Shown here: in pieces, positions 1 to 9,796 of the stretch
Layout: each line of letters starts with the position of its first letter
Numbering within the stretch: the stretch's first letter is position 1
Origin: Gemmatimonadales bacterium
GTDB taxonomy: Bacteria > Gemmatimonadota > Gemmatimonadetes > Gemmatimonadales > GWC2-71-9
Direction of reading: 5' to 3'
DNA length: 61,871 nt
Assembly: GCA_039917855.1 (NCBI GenBank)
Contig: JBDSIR010000063.1
Location: 1 to 61,871 of the forward strand
Translations under genes and position numbers: made by a program
Notes under the pieces: model-generated
Told to the model about the DNA's origin: nothing
The model's input: the letters and a program-made list of their open reading frames with translations, nothing else
The model's database searches: none

Positions 1-1184
1 CCCACCGCGAGTGCGATGAGGATCACGCCGAACGCCGAGAGGATCGCCCCTTCGTCGAGCAGCTGGGTGAACGCCACCCCCTTGATCAGCACCCCGCGGA
101 GCACATCGAGATAATACGTCAACGGCAAAATAGCGCCGAGGTACTGGGCCGCCTTCGGCATCGCCACCCGGGGGAACATGAACCCCGAGAGCAGGATATT
201 CGGCAGCAAGTAGAAGAAGCCGAGCTGCACTGCCTGCGCCTGGGTCTTCACCAGAGTGGACAGGAGGAGCCCCACCCCCAGGCTCGCCAGCATGAATGGG
301 AAGCTCAGCAGGTACAACCCGAGGAGCGACCCGCGGATCGGCACGTGGAAGACGAGGCGGCCGAGGAGCAGGACGACGGTGATCTGGATGTACCCGATCA
401 GCAGGAAGGGGGCCAACTTGCCCAGCATGATGCTGGTGCGGCTGATCGGAGTGACCACCAGCTGCTCGAGCGTACCCCGCTCCCGTTCCCGCACGATCGA
501 CATCGAGGTGATGAGGACGAGGGTCATCGAGAGGAGCACGCCGATGATCCCGGGCACTATGAAAGTGCTGCTCCGGAGGTCGGGGTTGTACCAGGGACGC
601 ACCCGCACGTCGACGGGCAGGGCGCGCATCGTCGGCATCCGTTCGACCGCTTCCGCCTGTCCCGCAAGGGCCGCCCCACTCAGCGCGGCCGCTGACGCCA
701 TCGGGTCGGCGGCGTCGACGATCACCTGCGCATGCGCGGTGCGGCCCCGCAGGAGGTCGCGGGCGTAGTCGGGTGGGATCACGATGGCGGCGCGCGCCCG
801 CCCGCTCTCCACCGCATTGCGCAGGGCGTCGCGGTCGGGGACGGTCCCCACCAGGTCGAAGTTCCCGGTGTGCACCATCCGGTCCACCAGCGCTCGGCTC
901 TGTTGCGTCATCGATTCGTCGAGCACCACGGTCGGGAGGTGGCGCACGTCGGTCTGGATGGCGTAGCCGAACATGATCAGCTGGATCGCGGGGATCCCGG
1001 TCATCATCGCGAAGGTCAGCCGGTCGCGCCGGAGCTGGAGGAACTCCTTCCGGAGCATCGGCCAGACGTCCCAGGCGAACAAGCGGACCAGTGGCGACCG
1101 AAGGGGCCCCCAGGAGCGCGGAGCGCGACTCGGCCCCGAGGAAGTAGTGGGCAGGTGGGCCAGGAGTTTCCGAACGAAGTTCAT
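1..1184 (-). CDS. ABC-2 type transporter permease (YbhR/YbhS-like), truncated at window edge
   Basis: Manual minus-strand translation from ATG 1184 (ATGA overlap): MNFVRKLL...KEFLQLRRDRLT...PWYNPDL...RERERGTLEQLVVTP...LSGFMFP; not in ORF track because no stop lies in the window. Confidence 0.9.
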   Translation of the reverse strand, partial: MNFVRKLLAHLPTTSSGPSRAPRSWGPLRSPLVRLFAWDVWPMLRKEFLQLRRDRLTFAMMTGIPAIQLIMFGYAIQTDVRHLPTVVLDESMTQQSRALVDRMVHTGNFDLVGTVPDRDALRNAVESGRARAAIVIPPDYARDLLRGRTAHAQVIVDAADPMASAAALSGAALAGQAEAVERMPTMRALPVDVRVRPWYNPDLRSSTFIVPGIIGVLLSMTLVLITSMSIVRERERGTLEQLVVTPISRTSIMLGKLAPFLLIGYIQITVVLLLGRLVFHVPIRGSLLGLYLLSFPFMLASLGVGLLLSTLVKTQAQAVQLGFFYLLPNILLSGFMFPRVAMPKAAQYLGAILPLTYYLDVLRGVLIKGVAFTQLLDEGAILSAFGVILIALAV

Positions 1185-1969
1185 ACCAGCTCCCCGCTCT
1201 GGTGCTGCAGCTCGATGAACACATCCTCGAGGTTCGTCACGTTGAAGTGCGCCCGCACCCCGGCGGGCGTATCGTGCGCCAACAGCACCCCGCGGCCGAT
1301 CACAGCGAGCCGCTCGCACCGCTCCGCCTCATCCATATAGTGGGTGGTGACGAGGATGGTGATCCCCGACCCCGAGAGAGCGTAGATCCGCTCCCAGAAG
1401 AGCTTTCGCGCTGCAGGGTCGACGCCGGCGGTCGGCTCGTCGAGGAAGAGGATCTCGGGGCGATGGGCGATGGCGCAGCCGAGGGCGACGCGCTGACGCC
1501 ACCCGCCGGAGAGCTGGCCGGTGAACTGGTCCAGCCGCTTGGTAAGTCCCAGCTCCTCGGCCACCTCGGCCAGTCGGTCGCGCTGCGCGGCGCCCCGGAG
1601 CCCGTAGAGCGAGGAGTAGAACCAGAGATTCTCGCGCATGGTGAGGTCGTCGTAGAGCCCGAAGCGCTGGCTCATGTAGCCGATCTTCCGCCGCACCGCG
1701 TCGGGGTCCTTCACGACATCGACCCCCGCCACGGTCGCCGCACCGCTGGTGGGAGTCAGGAGGCCGCAGAGCATCCGTATCGTGGTGGTCTTGCCGGAGC
1801 CGTTGGCGCCGAGGAGGCAGAGCACCTCCCCCTTGGCGACGGTGAGGTCCAGCCCGTCGACCGCGACGAGGGTGCCGAACTCTTTGCGCAGTCCGTCGGT
1901 GCGGATCGCGAGGGAGTTGGGAGTCAGGAGTTCGGGGTTCGCTCCGAGGATCGTCGGCATACGGTTCAC
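1181..1969 (-). CDS. ABC transporter ATP-binding protein
   Basis: Walker A GANGSGKTT, signature LSGGWRQR, Walker B LFLDEPT, H-loop TTHY. Confidence 0.95.
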   Translation of the reverse strand: MNRMPTILGANPELLTPNSLAIRTDGLRKEFGTLVAVDGLDLTVAKGEVLCLLGANGSGKTTTIRMLCGLLTPTSGAATVAGVDVVKDPDAVRRKIGYMSQRFGLYDDLTMRENLWFYSSLYGLRGAAQRDRLAEVAEELGLTKRLDQFTGQLSGGWRQRVALGCAIAHRPEILFLDEPTAGVDPAARKLFWERIYALSGSGITILVTTHYMDEAERCERLAVIGRGVLLAHDTPAGVRAHFNVTNLEDVFIELQHQSGELV

Positions 1970-1974
1970 CCCTC

Positions 1975-2967
1975 CTAGCTCCCAACTCTGAACTTCACTG
2001 TCACCGGCACCCCCGGCTTCAACATCCCCGAGCCGTCGATGAACTCGATCTTCACCCCGAACAGCAGGTCGGCGCGCTCCCGTTCGGTGAGCGCCACCCG
2101 CGGGGTGTACTCCGCCTTGGTGGCGAGCGCGGCGATCCGCCCGTGGAAGACCGAATCAGGGAAGGCGTCGAGTCGCGCTTCGACGGTGTCACCGATCTGC
2201 AGGGTGGGGAGCACCCCCTGCCCGACGTAGACCCGCACCCACGGACGGGAAACGTCGCCGACACTGATCGCCGCGATCCCCGCGCCGAGGACCTCGCCCG
2301 GTTCGGCGGCGCGGACGAGCACGATGCCGGCCACCGGGGAGATGAGCACCAGGTCGCCGACACTCGCCTCCATCGCCGAGAGGCCGGCGCGCGCGCGCGC
2401 GAGGTCGGCGCGGGAAGCGGTGCGCCGTTCGGCGCGGGCCCCTTCGCGCACCAGCCGGAGTGCCTGCTCCAGCGAGGACCGCCGTGCTTCGGCCTCGGCG
2501 GAGCGCGCTTCCGCCTGGTCGAGCTGCTGCTTGGGGATGACGTTGTTGGCGGCGAGCGTCCGCGATCGCGCGAGGTCGGCGGCGGCGTTGGTGGCGATCG
2601 CGGTCGCGGCGGCGAGGTCCTGCTCCGCCTTGGCGATCTCCTCCGGGCGGGCACCGCGCTCCAGCTCCTGCACCTGCGCCTCGGCCGAGGCAACGCGGGC
2701 GCGGGCTTCGCTGACCTGGTCGCGGAGGCCGGCTTGGGTCAGGATCGCGACGGTGTCGCCGGGCTGGACGCGCTGGCCCTCTTCGACGAGGACCCGGACG
2801 ACGCGGGCGGGGACCATCGGGGCGAGGTCGATGGTGGTGACCTCCAAGGAGCCGACCGCTTCGGGGGCGGTGGAGCGTCCGCACGCCACCAGGCCCACCA
2901 CGGTGCAGAGAGCAGTGAACTGACGGATGCGGATGCGAATGCGCGTGAGCATGAGAGTTGGCTTCAA
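1975..2967 (-). CDS. HlyD-family membrane fusion (periplasmic adaptor) lipoprotein
   Basis: LVAC lipobox, VEEGQRVQPGD lipoyl-like half, long coiled coil, AEYTPR motif, LKPG near C-terminus. Confidence 0.9.
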   Translation of the reverse strand: MKPTLMLTRIRIRIRQFTALCTVVGLVACGRSTAPEAVGSLEVTTIDLAPMVPARVVRVLVEEGQRVQPGDTVAILTQAGLRDQVSEARARVASAEAQVQELERGARPEEIAKAEQDLAAATAIATNAAADLARSRTLAANNVIPKQQLDQAEARSAEAEARRSSLEQALRLVREGARAERRTASRADLARARAGLSAMEASVGDLVLISPVAGIVLVRAAEPGEVLGAGIAAISVGDVSRPWVRVYVGQGVLPTLQIGDTVEARLDAFPDSVFHGRIAALATKAEYTPRVALTERERADLLFGVKIEFIDGSGMLKPGVPVTVKFRVGS

Positions 2968-3587
2968 GCTTTCAGGGCGCGGAGGGCCCAGTCGGCGGCG
3001 TGGGCGGCGAAGGCGCGGGAGGTCTCGATGGGGACCGGACCTTCCTGCTGCATCAACGCCGCCACGAGGGGCTGGGCCAGGGTGAAGTAGGCGACCTGGG
3101 AGACGGTCGAGAGGACGGCAAATCGGGGATCGAGGTCGCGACGGAAGACTCCGCTCTTCTGGCCCGCGACGATCAGCTCGGCCAGGGGGCGGAAGGCCTT
3201 GACCACCACCGTGTGCATCGGGGTCTCGAGATGCACCGCGCCGTGATCGAAGAGTTCCCGGAGGACGAGACGGGCAAAGATCTTGTTGGCGAAGAAGCGC
3301 TCGGCCTGCGCCTGCACGAAGAGCCGCACCCCCTCCTCGGGGGAGGGGGCGTGGGTGAGGGAGGCGCCGATCTGCTGGGCCATCCGGCCGATCAACTGGG
3401 CCAGCACCTCGCGGTAGAGCCCCTCCTTGTCCTCGAAGTAGTAGTAGAGGAGGGCGGAGTTGACCTTGGCCTTGGCCGCGATCTCCTTGATCGTCGTCCC
3501 CGGGAATCCCTGGGCGGCGAAGAGCTCGGCGGCGGCAGCGAGGATCGCCTCGCGGGCGGCGGGATCGGTAGGGGTCGGAAGTGTCAC
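2964..3587 (-). CDS. TetR/AcrR-family regulator (CecR/YbiH-like) heading the efflux operon
   Basis: N-terminal HTH ILAAAAELFAAQGF..TTIKEIA..A.VN..LLYYYF.DKEGLY. Confidence 0.92.
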   Translation of the reverse strand: MTLPTPTDPAAREAILAAAAELFAAQGFPGTTIKEIAAKAKVNSALLYYYFEDKEGLYREVLAQLIGRMAQQIGASLTHAPSPEEGVRLFVQAQAERFFANKIFARLVLRELFDHGAVHLETPMHTVVVKAFRPLAELIVAGQKSGVFRRDLDPRFAVLSTVSQVAYFTLAQPLVAALMQQEGPVPIETSRAFAAHAADWALRALKA

Positions 3588-3593
3588 AGTGCC

Positions 3594-3623
3594 TTAATTA
3601 ATCGTTTAGTTAACTAGAGTCAA
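3594..3623 (-). promoter_or_regulatory. Likely TetR operator (TTAATTAA-N4-TTAGTTAA) overlapping a promoter with -35 TTGACT
   Basis: AT-rich one-mismatch palindrome 3594-3613 just upstream of the TetR start in GC-rich DNA; TTGACT on minus strand at 3623-3618. Confidence 0.65.
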
Positions 3624-3647
3624 GAGCAGAGAGTTGAGAGTTCAGAG
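3616..3647. repeat. Heptamer tandem array (AGAGTTG-like x4)
   Basis: agagtca agagcag agagttg agagttc agag. Confidence 0.7.
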
Positions 3648-3760
3648 GAGGGGGTCGGGATCGGACCTTGGTGGGGTGGTGACGGGGTGGGGGACGACTA
3701 GATTCTTCCCCGACAGGTCCTGAGCGCCTTTTGCGCCTCTCGCGCCTGTGGACTTCAGTA

Positions 3761-3833
3761 GGGGCGTTAGCTCAGCTGGGAGAGCACCTGCTTTGCAAGC
3801 AGGGGGTCACCGGTTCGATCCCGGTACGCTCCA
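3761..3833 (+). tRNA. tRNA-Ala(UGC), CCA not encoded
   Basis: GGGGCGT/ACGCTCC-A acceptor with G3:U70, TAGCTCAGCTGGGAGAGC D-arm, anticodon TGC, GGTTCGATCC T-loop. Confidence 0.97.
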
Positions 3834-3839
3834 TTCGAC

Positions 3840-3868
3840 GTGCTGCGTTCTGCGTACTGCGTGCTGCG
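3840..3868. repeat. Heptamer tandem array (GTGCTGC-like x4) just downstream of tRNA-Ala
   Basis: gtgctgc gttctgc gtactgc gtgctgc. Confidence 0.75.
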
Positions 3869-3945
3869 GGAACGTTCCGCGTGTCGCACGCCTGTCTGCC
3901 GTTCCTCCCATCTCCTACAACACACCTGGCACAAGGGGCTCTCCC

Positions 3946-5616
3946 ATGAGCGACCTCTCCCGCCGCGACTTCCTCCACGCCACCGCCGTCGGTGTCGTGG
4001 CATCCGCTGCCCTACCCGGAATAGCCAGGAGCCAGCAGCCAGTAGCCGCTGTTACCTCCGCCCATCCGCCCGCGGCGGCGCGGGGGCGTGCCGCCCTCGG
4101 TGCCTTCGAACTCGACGAGGCCACCCTCGCGGACCTCCAGGCCGGCTTCGCCTCCGGGCGTTGGACGTCGCGCCAAGTCACCCAGCTCTACCTCGATCGC
4201 ATCGGGGCGATGGATCGCCAGGGCCCGACCCTTCGCGCGATGCTCGACCTCAATCCGGATGCGTACGCGGACGCCGATGCGAAGGACGCCGAGCGTCGTG
4301 CCGGCGGGATGCCGCGCGGTCCGCTCCACGGGATCCCGGTCGTCATCAAGGACAACATCGACACCCACGACAAGATGACCACGACTGCCGGGTCGCTGGC
4401 GCTCGAAGGGAGCATCGCCCCGCGTGACTCCACGGTCGCCGCCCGGCTCCGCGCCGCGGGGGCCATCATCATCGGCAAGACCAACCTCAGCGAATGGGCC
4501 AACTTCCGCGGCGACCACAGCTCGAGCGGCTGGTCGAGTCGCGGAGGACAATGCAACAACCCCTACGTGCTCGACCGGAATCCGTGTGGCTCGAGCTCGG
4601 GCACCGGGGCGGCCATCGCGGCCAACTTCGCCGCGGTCGGCATCGGTACCGAGACCGACGGGTCGATCGTCTGCCCCGCCAACAACTGCGGCCTGGTCGG
4701 CGTGAAGCCGACGATCGGGATGGTGAGCCGAGCGGGGATCATCCCGATCAGCGCCAGTCAGGATACCGCGGGCCCGATGACGCGCACGGTGACCGATGCG
4801 GCACTCCTCCTCGCCGCCATCCAGGGTGCCGACCCGCGCGATCCGAGCACGCCGGTGGCGCGGGGAGCCGGCCTCGCGGCCACCGCCTCGTATCTCCGGA
4901 CCGACGCGCTCCGCGGCGCCCGGGTCGGTGTCGTCCGCAAGAGCCTCACCGGCTATCACCCCGGCACCGACGCCGCGTTCGAGGAGGCGCTTCGCGCTCT
5001 TCAGGCGCTCGGGGCCGTCATCGTCGATCCGGCGGACATCCCCCACATCGACGACTATGGCAAGGATGAAGGGACGGTGCTGCATTACGAGTTCAAGGCG
5101 GGGATCGCGGCCTACCTTGCGGCCCTGGGGCCGGCGTCGCGGATGAAGACGCTCGAAGACCTGATCCGGTTCAATGAAGAGAACAAGGCGAGAGTGATGC
5201 CCTGGTTCGCTCAGGAGACCTTCCTCAAATCGCAGGCGTGCGGCCCCTTGACCGACAAGAAGTACCTCGATGCGCGGGCCCGCTGCGTGCGCCTTTCACG
5301 GCGCGATGGCTTCGACGCGGTGATGGCGAAGTTCCGTCTCGACGTCCTCGTGGCGCCGACCGGTGGTCCCGCCTGGACCACCGACCTCCTCACCGGCGAT
5401 CATTTCGGCGGGTCGAGCTCCACTCCCTGCGCGGTGGCCGGATACCCCCACGTCACCGTCCCGATGGGATGGCTGCGCGAACTCCCGGTGGGCCTCAGCT
5501 TCCTGGCCGGGCCGTGGACCGAGTCGAAGCTCCTCGGCTACGCCTACGCCTATGAACAGGCGACCAAACAGCGCCGAGCGCCGAAGTTCCTCCCCGTGCT
5601 CAGTCCCGACGCCTGA
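3946..5616 (+). CDS. Amidase-signature family enzyme with Tat signal
   Basis: SRRDFL twin-arginine motif from ATG 3946; GPLHGIPVVIKDN, GSSSG, GTETDGSIVCPA. Confidence 0.93.
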   Translation: MSDLSRRDFLHATAVGVVASAALPGIARSQQPVAAVTSAHPPAAARGRAALGAFELDEATLADLQAGFASGRWTSRQVTQLYLDRIGAMDRQGPTLRAMLDLNPDAYADADAKDAERRAGGMPRGPLHGIPVVIKDNIDTHDKMTTTAGSLALEGSIAPRDSTVAARLRAAGAIIIGKTNLSEWANFRGDHSSSGWSSRGGQCNNPYVLDRNPCGSSSGTGAAIAANFAAVGIGTETDGSIVCPANNCGLVGVKPTIGMVSRAGIIPISASQDTAGPMTRTVTDAALLLAAIQGADPRDPSTPVARGAGLAATASYLRTDALRGARVGVVRKSLTGYHPGTDAAFEEALRALQALGAVIVDPADIPHIDDYGKDEGTVLHYEFKAGIAAYLAALGPASRMKTLEDLIRFNEENKARVMPWFAQETFLKSQACGPLTDKKYLDARARCVRLSRRDGFDAVMAKFRLDVLVAPTGGPAWTTDLLTGDHFGGSSSTPCAVAGYPHVTVPMGWLRELPVGLSFLAGPWTESKLLGYAYAYEQATKQRRAPKFLPVLSPDA

Positions 5617-6896
5617 TGTCGGATGATCTCCTGGTCGCGCTCGACGCCCTCGCGCTCTTGCCGCTGCTGGGGAGCGGAAGTCGTCGGGCGGTCGGGTGGT
5701 CCACCGTCGGCGCCTTCCTCATCCTCCTCGGCGTGGCGAGCGCGCTGCCCGACTGGGCCGATCTCGCCAGCGCACCCGACACGTTCCTGGCGGTGACCGC
5801 AGGGTTCGTCTGGGTCGGCGCCGGCTGCATCGGATTCGGGGCCTGGGCCGCGTCTCGCAAAGGAGAGTCCCTCTCGCTTTCGCGGCTGGGTCCGGTGGCA
5901 GTGAACCTCGGCATCACCGCCGCCGCGCTGGTGCTGCTGTTCGTGCTCCACCGCGCGTGGCCTCTGCTGGGGGCGGGGAGCTGGCGCGGCGTCGTCGCTG
6001 CCTTGGGGCTCGCCGGCACAGGGGTCGTGGTCGGCACGGTGTTGCCCATGACGCGGGTCGCTCGCCTGCTCGAGTGGCTCGATGAGCGGTGGCTCGCGCG
6101 CCGGTACGAGATGGCCCCGTGCCTCGAGGTGCGTGCCCGCCGGATCGCGTGGGGCATCGTGTTCGTGGGGATGGGGGGTGTGCTCCTCAGCGGACACCTC
6201 CTGGTCTCGGTCGCCGCGGCGCTCACCGTCGTGGTGGGGGTGCATCGTCTGGCGCGGGAAGGAGGGCGGGCACCGGGCATCCCGATCCAGCCCATCGTGG
6301 TGGGATCCTCGCTGCTCGCGTTCACCTGGTTGGTCGTGACCATCGCGGGGCCAGATATCCCGCTTAGTTCTCCCGGGATACTCGACGCCCCCTTCAGCGA
6401 CAGGGCGGAAGCGCTCCTCGCGCTCTTGCTCGGGCTGGCCGCGTGGGCGCTGCTCGGGCTCTGGCCATTCCACGGGGCGGGGCCGGGGAGCGCGCTGGCG
6501 CTGGTCGGTGGCGCTCTGCTGATCCGGTGGGGAATGGGACTGATCCCCAACGGCATGGTGCACGCCGCGCCACTCTTCGGTCTCATCGCCCTGTTCGCGA
6601 CGATCCACGCGGCGGCCACCGGCCGAGCAGGTGAATACGCTGCCGCCGTCGGCGTCCTTGCGGTGACCACGGGGCAGCAGGGGACCTGGGGGCTCTTCGC
6701 GCTCGCGTCGATCCTGGCCGCCATGCGGTTGCTCGACTTCAAGCCGCCGGTGCCGGGGCTCGACCGGCGGCAGCTCGGCGGCGTCGCCATGATCCCGGCG
6801 CTCGCCGCGGTGCTGCCGTCGGCGCTCCGATTTGAGACCGGCTTCACGGCGATCGCGGTGCTGGCCGGGGTGGCGCTGTTCCGGCCCAGCAAGTAG
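5616..6896 (+). CDS. Multi-pass membrane protein of unknown function (weak NuoN/MrpD-like motif)
   Basis: Many hydrophobic segments; GLWPFH; coupled to the amidase by TGATG overlap. Confidence 0.65.
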   Translation: MSDDLLVALDALALLPLLGSGSRRAVGWSTVGAFLILLGVASALPDWADLASAPDTFLAVTAGFVWVGAGCIGFGAWAASRKGESLSLSRLGPVAVNLGITAAALVLLFVLHRAWPLLGAGSWRGVVAALGLAGTGVVVGTVLPMTRVARLLEWLDERWLARRYEMAPCLEVRARRIAWGIVFVGMGGVLLSGHLLVSVAAALTVVVGVHRLAREGGRAPGIPIQPIVVGSSLLAFTWLVVTIAGPDIPLSSPGILDAPFSDRAEALLALLLGLAAWALLGLWPFHGAGPGSALALVGGALLIRWGMGLIPNGMVHAAPLFGLIALFATIHAAATGRAGEYAAAVGVLAVTTGQQGTWGLFALASILAAMRLLDFKPPVPGLDRRQLGGVAMIPALAAVLPSALRFETGFTAIAVLAGVALFRPSK

Positions 6897-7068
6897 GGGT
6901 CATTCACCACGGAGGAGCGGAGGGACACGGAGAGGCACGGAGGGAGAAATGTGTGGTCGCACTTGGGGAGCTCCGCCCGAGCGCCCACAATGATCGCAGT
7001 TCTCCGTGGGTCTCCGTGGCCCTCCGCTCCTCCGTGGTGAACATCGCCGGTTGACTCACGTCGGAGCC
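6868..7068. repeat. ~200 bp hairpin unit, copy 1 (gene 3' end + TTCACCACGGAG...CTCCGTGGTGAA nonamer-armed palindrome + GTTGAC tail)
   Basis: Aligns by eye with 11721-11928 and 11929-12128. Confidence 0.85.
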
Positions 7069-7334
7069 TGTCCTGAGCGGAGCGAAGGATGGTGCGCATC
7101 TCCTCTTGGTGACCTGGGTCGCCCTTCCAACCGGAGGATGGGGGGAAAACCCTATGAAAAGGGTTCCATAGCTCACTTGTGCTATTTACAAGGGTCTTGA
7201 TAACCGTTACGCTGGAAGTACCCCCGAGGTGGCCGAAATTCGTTCAGGCCACCAGGGGGTATTCCGTTGTGGATTGGACTCCCCGGCCTGGAGTCGAGGT
7301 GCCCTCCGTGAAAGACCTGAGTGCCGCGGCAAAA

Positions 7335-9356
7335 ATGAACGCCCCATCACTTCGCGACTGGTCTGCGGTGTGTGGGGCGCTCTTGGGTCTGTTGGGAGCC
7401 AGCGTGCTCCTCGGCTGGGCCGCCGGCGTGCCGTGGTTGACGGGTTACTGGGGCGGATCCTCACCGATGAATCCCTCCGCCGCTCTCGTATTCATCGGGG
7501 CGGCGATCGTGTTGTGGCTCAGGGCCACCAGTGGTCACCGCGCGGCAGCGGTCAGGAGCGCGGATCTGCTGTCGGTGCTGATCCTCCTCGTCGGGTTGCT
7601 CAAGGTGCTGCAATTGGTCGGCGTGCCGGTGCTCCCGGTAGACCAACTGATCCAATTGGCCGAAGATCCATTGCGTCCGCTCGGCGGCCCGACGGCGATG
7701 GCGCTGGGGACCGCGCTGGGGTTGCTGTTCGGAGGGCTGGGGCTCTTCCTGCTCGACAAGCCCCGGCTACGGGGGACCTCCTCCCTGATCGGCGCGGCGC
7801 TGACGGCGGGCGTGCTGGTCTTTTCGATCGGGGAACTGCTGGGCTCCGCGGGCGGGCTCGCCCTATCGGCGTCGGCACCGATCGCCCGCTCGACCGCCGC
7901 GGCGCTCCTGCTGCTGGGGCTCGCGCTCACCCTGGCCCGCCCGGACGAAGGGATCGTTGGTGCGTTCCGGCGCAACGAACTCTCCATTCGCCGCACCCTG
8001 TTCTTCAGCTTCGGGCTGACCGCACTCGTCCTTGGGGTCGTCGTCGCCACGACGGGGTACAGCAGTGTGGCGGGGTGGCGCGCCACTGAAACGCGCCGGG
8101 CGGGCAGTACGGCCCGGAGGGAACTCAGCGGTCTTCTGGTGAGCCTGCTCTCCATGGAGAGCGGGCAGCGCGGATTCCTGCTGTCGGGGGATACCCTGTT
8201 CCTCGACCCGTACCGGACAGGCGCGGCCTCGGTCGATCAGCACCTGGCCGTATTGGCGACCATCGGATGGGGATCGGCCGCGGCCGATCCACTGACTCCC
8301 TTGCTTCGAGGTCTGGTCGGAAGGAAGGTGGCCCTGATGGCCGACCTGGTCGAGCGGCGGCGGACCGGCGGCACTGCCAAGTTCCTCCCGCAGTTCATGA
8401 CGGGGCATGGCAAAGCGGTGATGGACAGCATCCGCGTCGTGGTGACCGCCCTGGACGACATCGAGATCATGCGTACCGACCAGGCCGACGAGCAGTTGCG
8501 AGTGGCGATGCGCCGGGCCCTGGGATTCGGCGGCGGCGCTGCCCTGCTGATGGTCCTCTTCCTGGCCTTCACGTCGACGGCCATTTCTCGCGGGCTCGCG
8601 GCCACGGAGGCGGCCCGGGATCACATCGAGGAGCTCAACGTTAAGCTCGAGGGAAAGATGCAGGACGTCGAGACGCAATCGGTCGAGATGGCGGCCTTCA
8701 GCTACTCAGTCTCCCACGACCTCCGGGCTCCGCTCCGCGCCATCGACGGATTTTCCCGGCTGCTGGTGAATGAACATGCGGCGCAGCTCTCGCCGGAGGC
8801 CCACCGACTGCTCGGCGTCATTCGAGATCGGGCCCAGCGGATGGCGCGGCTCATCGATGAGCTCCTGATGCTCGCGCAGGTGACCCGCCGCGAGCCTAAA
8901 TTCGAGCGGGTGGACCAGGACGCGCTCGTTCGGGAGGTGGTCGGGGAGCTGCGCGAGACCCCGGCGGGCCAGCGGGTCGAGTTCGACGTGGGGCGCCTGC
9001 CCGAGTCCACCGGTGATGTGGGGCTGTTGCGGCAGGTCTGGAGCAACCTGTTGGGCAACGCGGTCAAGTACAGCGCGCGGGTCGAGACGCCCCGGGTGGC
9101 GGTCTCCGGCGCCACAGAGCCTTCGGGCGAGCTGGTCTATCGGATCGTGGACAACGGCGTCGGGTTCGACATGGCACACGTGGACAAGCTCTTCGGGGTG
9201 TTCCAGCGCCTGCACGCGCCCAGCGAGTTCGAGGGCACGGGGGTCGGTCTCGCCACCGTGCAACGGGTGATCCGGCGCCACGGTGGACGGGTCTGGGCCA
9301 CCGGATCCCCCGGTCGCGGGGCGGAGTTCTGTTTCACCCTTCCAGCGCGGGAGTGA
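7335..9356 (+). CDS. Membrane sensor histidine kinase with CHASE3 domain
   Basis: N-terminal TMs; MESGQRGFLLSGD..FLDPY (CHASE3); FSYSVSHDLRAPLRAI H-box; NLLGNAVKY, DNGVGFD, GTGVGLA; start uncertain (7308-7335). Confidence 0.9.
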   Translation: MNAPSLRDWSAVCGALLGLLGASVLLGWAAGVPWLTGYWGGSSPMNPSAALVFIGAAIVLWLRATSGHRAAAVRSADLLSVLILLVGLLKVLQLVGVPVLPVDQLIQLAEDPLRPLGGPTAMALGTALGLLFGGLGLFLLDKPRLRGTSSLIGAALTAGVLVFSIGELLGSAGGLALSASAPIARSTAAALLLLGLALTLARPDEGIVGAFRRNELSIRRTLFFSFGLTALVLGVVVATTGYSSVAGWRATETRRAGSTARRELSGLLVSLLSMESGQRGFLLSGDTLFLDPYRTGAASVDQHLAVLATIGWGSAAADPLTPLLRGLVGRKVALMADLVERRRTGGTAKFLPQFMTGHGKAVMDSIRVVVTALDDIEIMRTDQADEQLRVAMRRALGFGGGAALLMVLFLAFTSTAISRGLAATEAARDHIEELNVKLEGKMQDVETQSVEMAAFSYSVSHDLRAPLRAIDGFSRLLVNEHAAQLSPEAHRLLGVIRDRAQRMARLIDELLMLAQVTRREPKFERVDQDALVREVVGELRETPAGQRVEFDVGRLPESTGDVGLLRQVWSNLLGNAVKYSARVETPRVAVSGATEPSGELVYRIVDNGVGFDMAHVDKLFGVFQRLHAPSEFEGTGVGLATVQRVIRRHGGRVWATGSPGRGAEFCFTLPARE

Positions 9357-9793
9357 ACATGGCAGGCAAGACCACCGACGTGGAGATCCTCCTCGTCGAA
9401 GACGATGATGCAGACCTGGAGCTCACCCTCCACGCCCTGAAGCAGCACCGCCTGGCCAACCGCATCCATGTGGCGCGCGATGGGGAGGAGGCGCTCCGCT
9501 TCTTCGAAAATGGCGGCCGGGTGGAACGGCTCGTCCTGCTCGACTTGAAGCTGCCCAAGGTGTCGGGGCTGCAGGTGCTCGAGCGGCTCCGGGCCGATGA
9601 GCGCTACCGGACCCTCCCCATCGTGGTACTCACGTCGTCCCGTGAGGAGCCCGACATCGAGCGATGCTATGCGCTCGGGGTCAACAGCTACATTGTCAAG
9701 CCGGTGGAGTTCGAGAAGTTCAGCGAGGCGGTCGGCAAGGTGGGACTGTACTGGCTGCTGATCAACGAGGCGCCCCACAGGGCCCAGGAGTAG
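9353..9793 (+). CDS. Single-domain response regulator (Rcp1/CheY-like)
   Basis: ILLVEDD, LLDLKLPKVSGLQVL, VVLTSS, GVNSYIVKP. Confidence 0.93.
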   Translation: MNMAGKTTDVEILLVEDDDADLELTLHALKQHRLANRIHVARDGEEALRFFENGGRVERLVLLDLKLPKVSGLQVLERLRADERYRTLPIVVLTSSREEPDIERCYALGVNSYIVKPVEFEKFSEAVGKVGLYWLLINEAPHRAQE

Positions 9794-9796
9794 CAC

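Noticed and set aside
3761-3833. tRNA-anchored genomic island (also tRNA-Leu 53238-53321)
   Set aside because: No integrase and no duplicated tRNA 3' end was seen; lack of encoded CCA is common.
3748-3945. N-terminal extensions of the amidases (also 53162-53893)
   Set aside because: They overlap tRNA genes or smpB; downstream starts with signal peptides fit better.
7137-7170. GGGGGAAAACCCTATGAAAAGGGTTCC as a regulator site for the cassette
   Set aside because: Plausible but a single imperfect palindrome with no DNA-binding regulator in the cassette; too weak to call.
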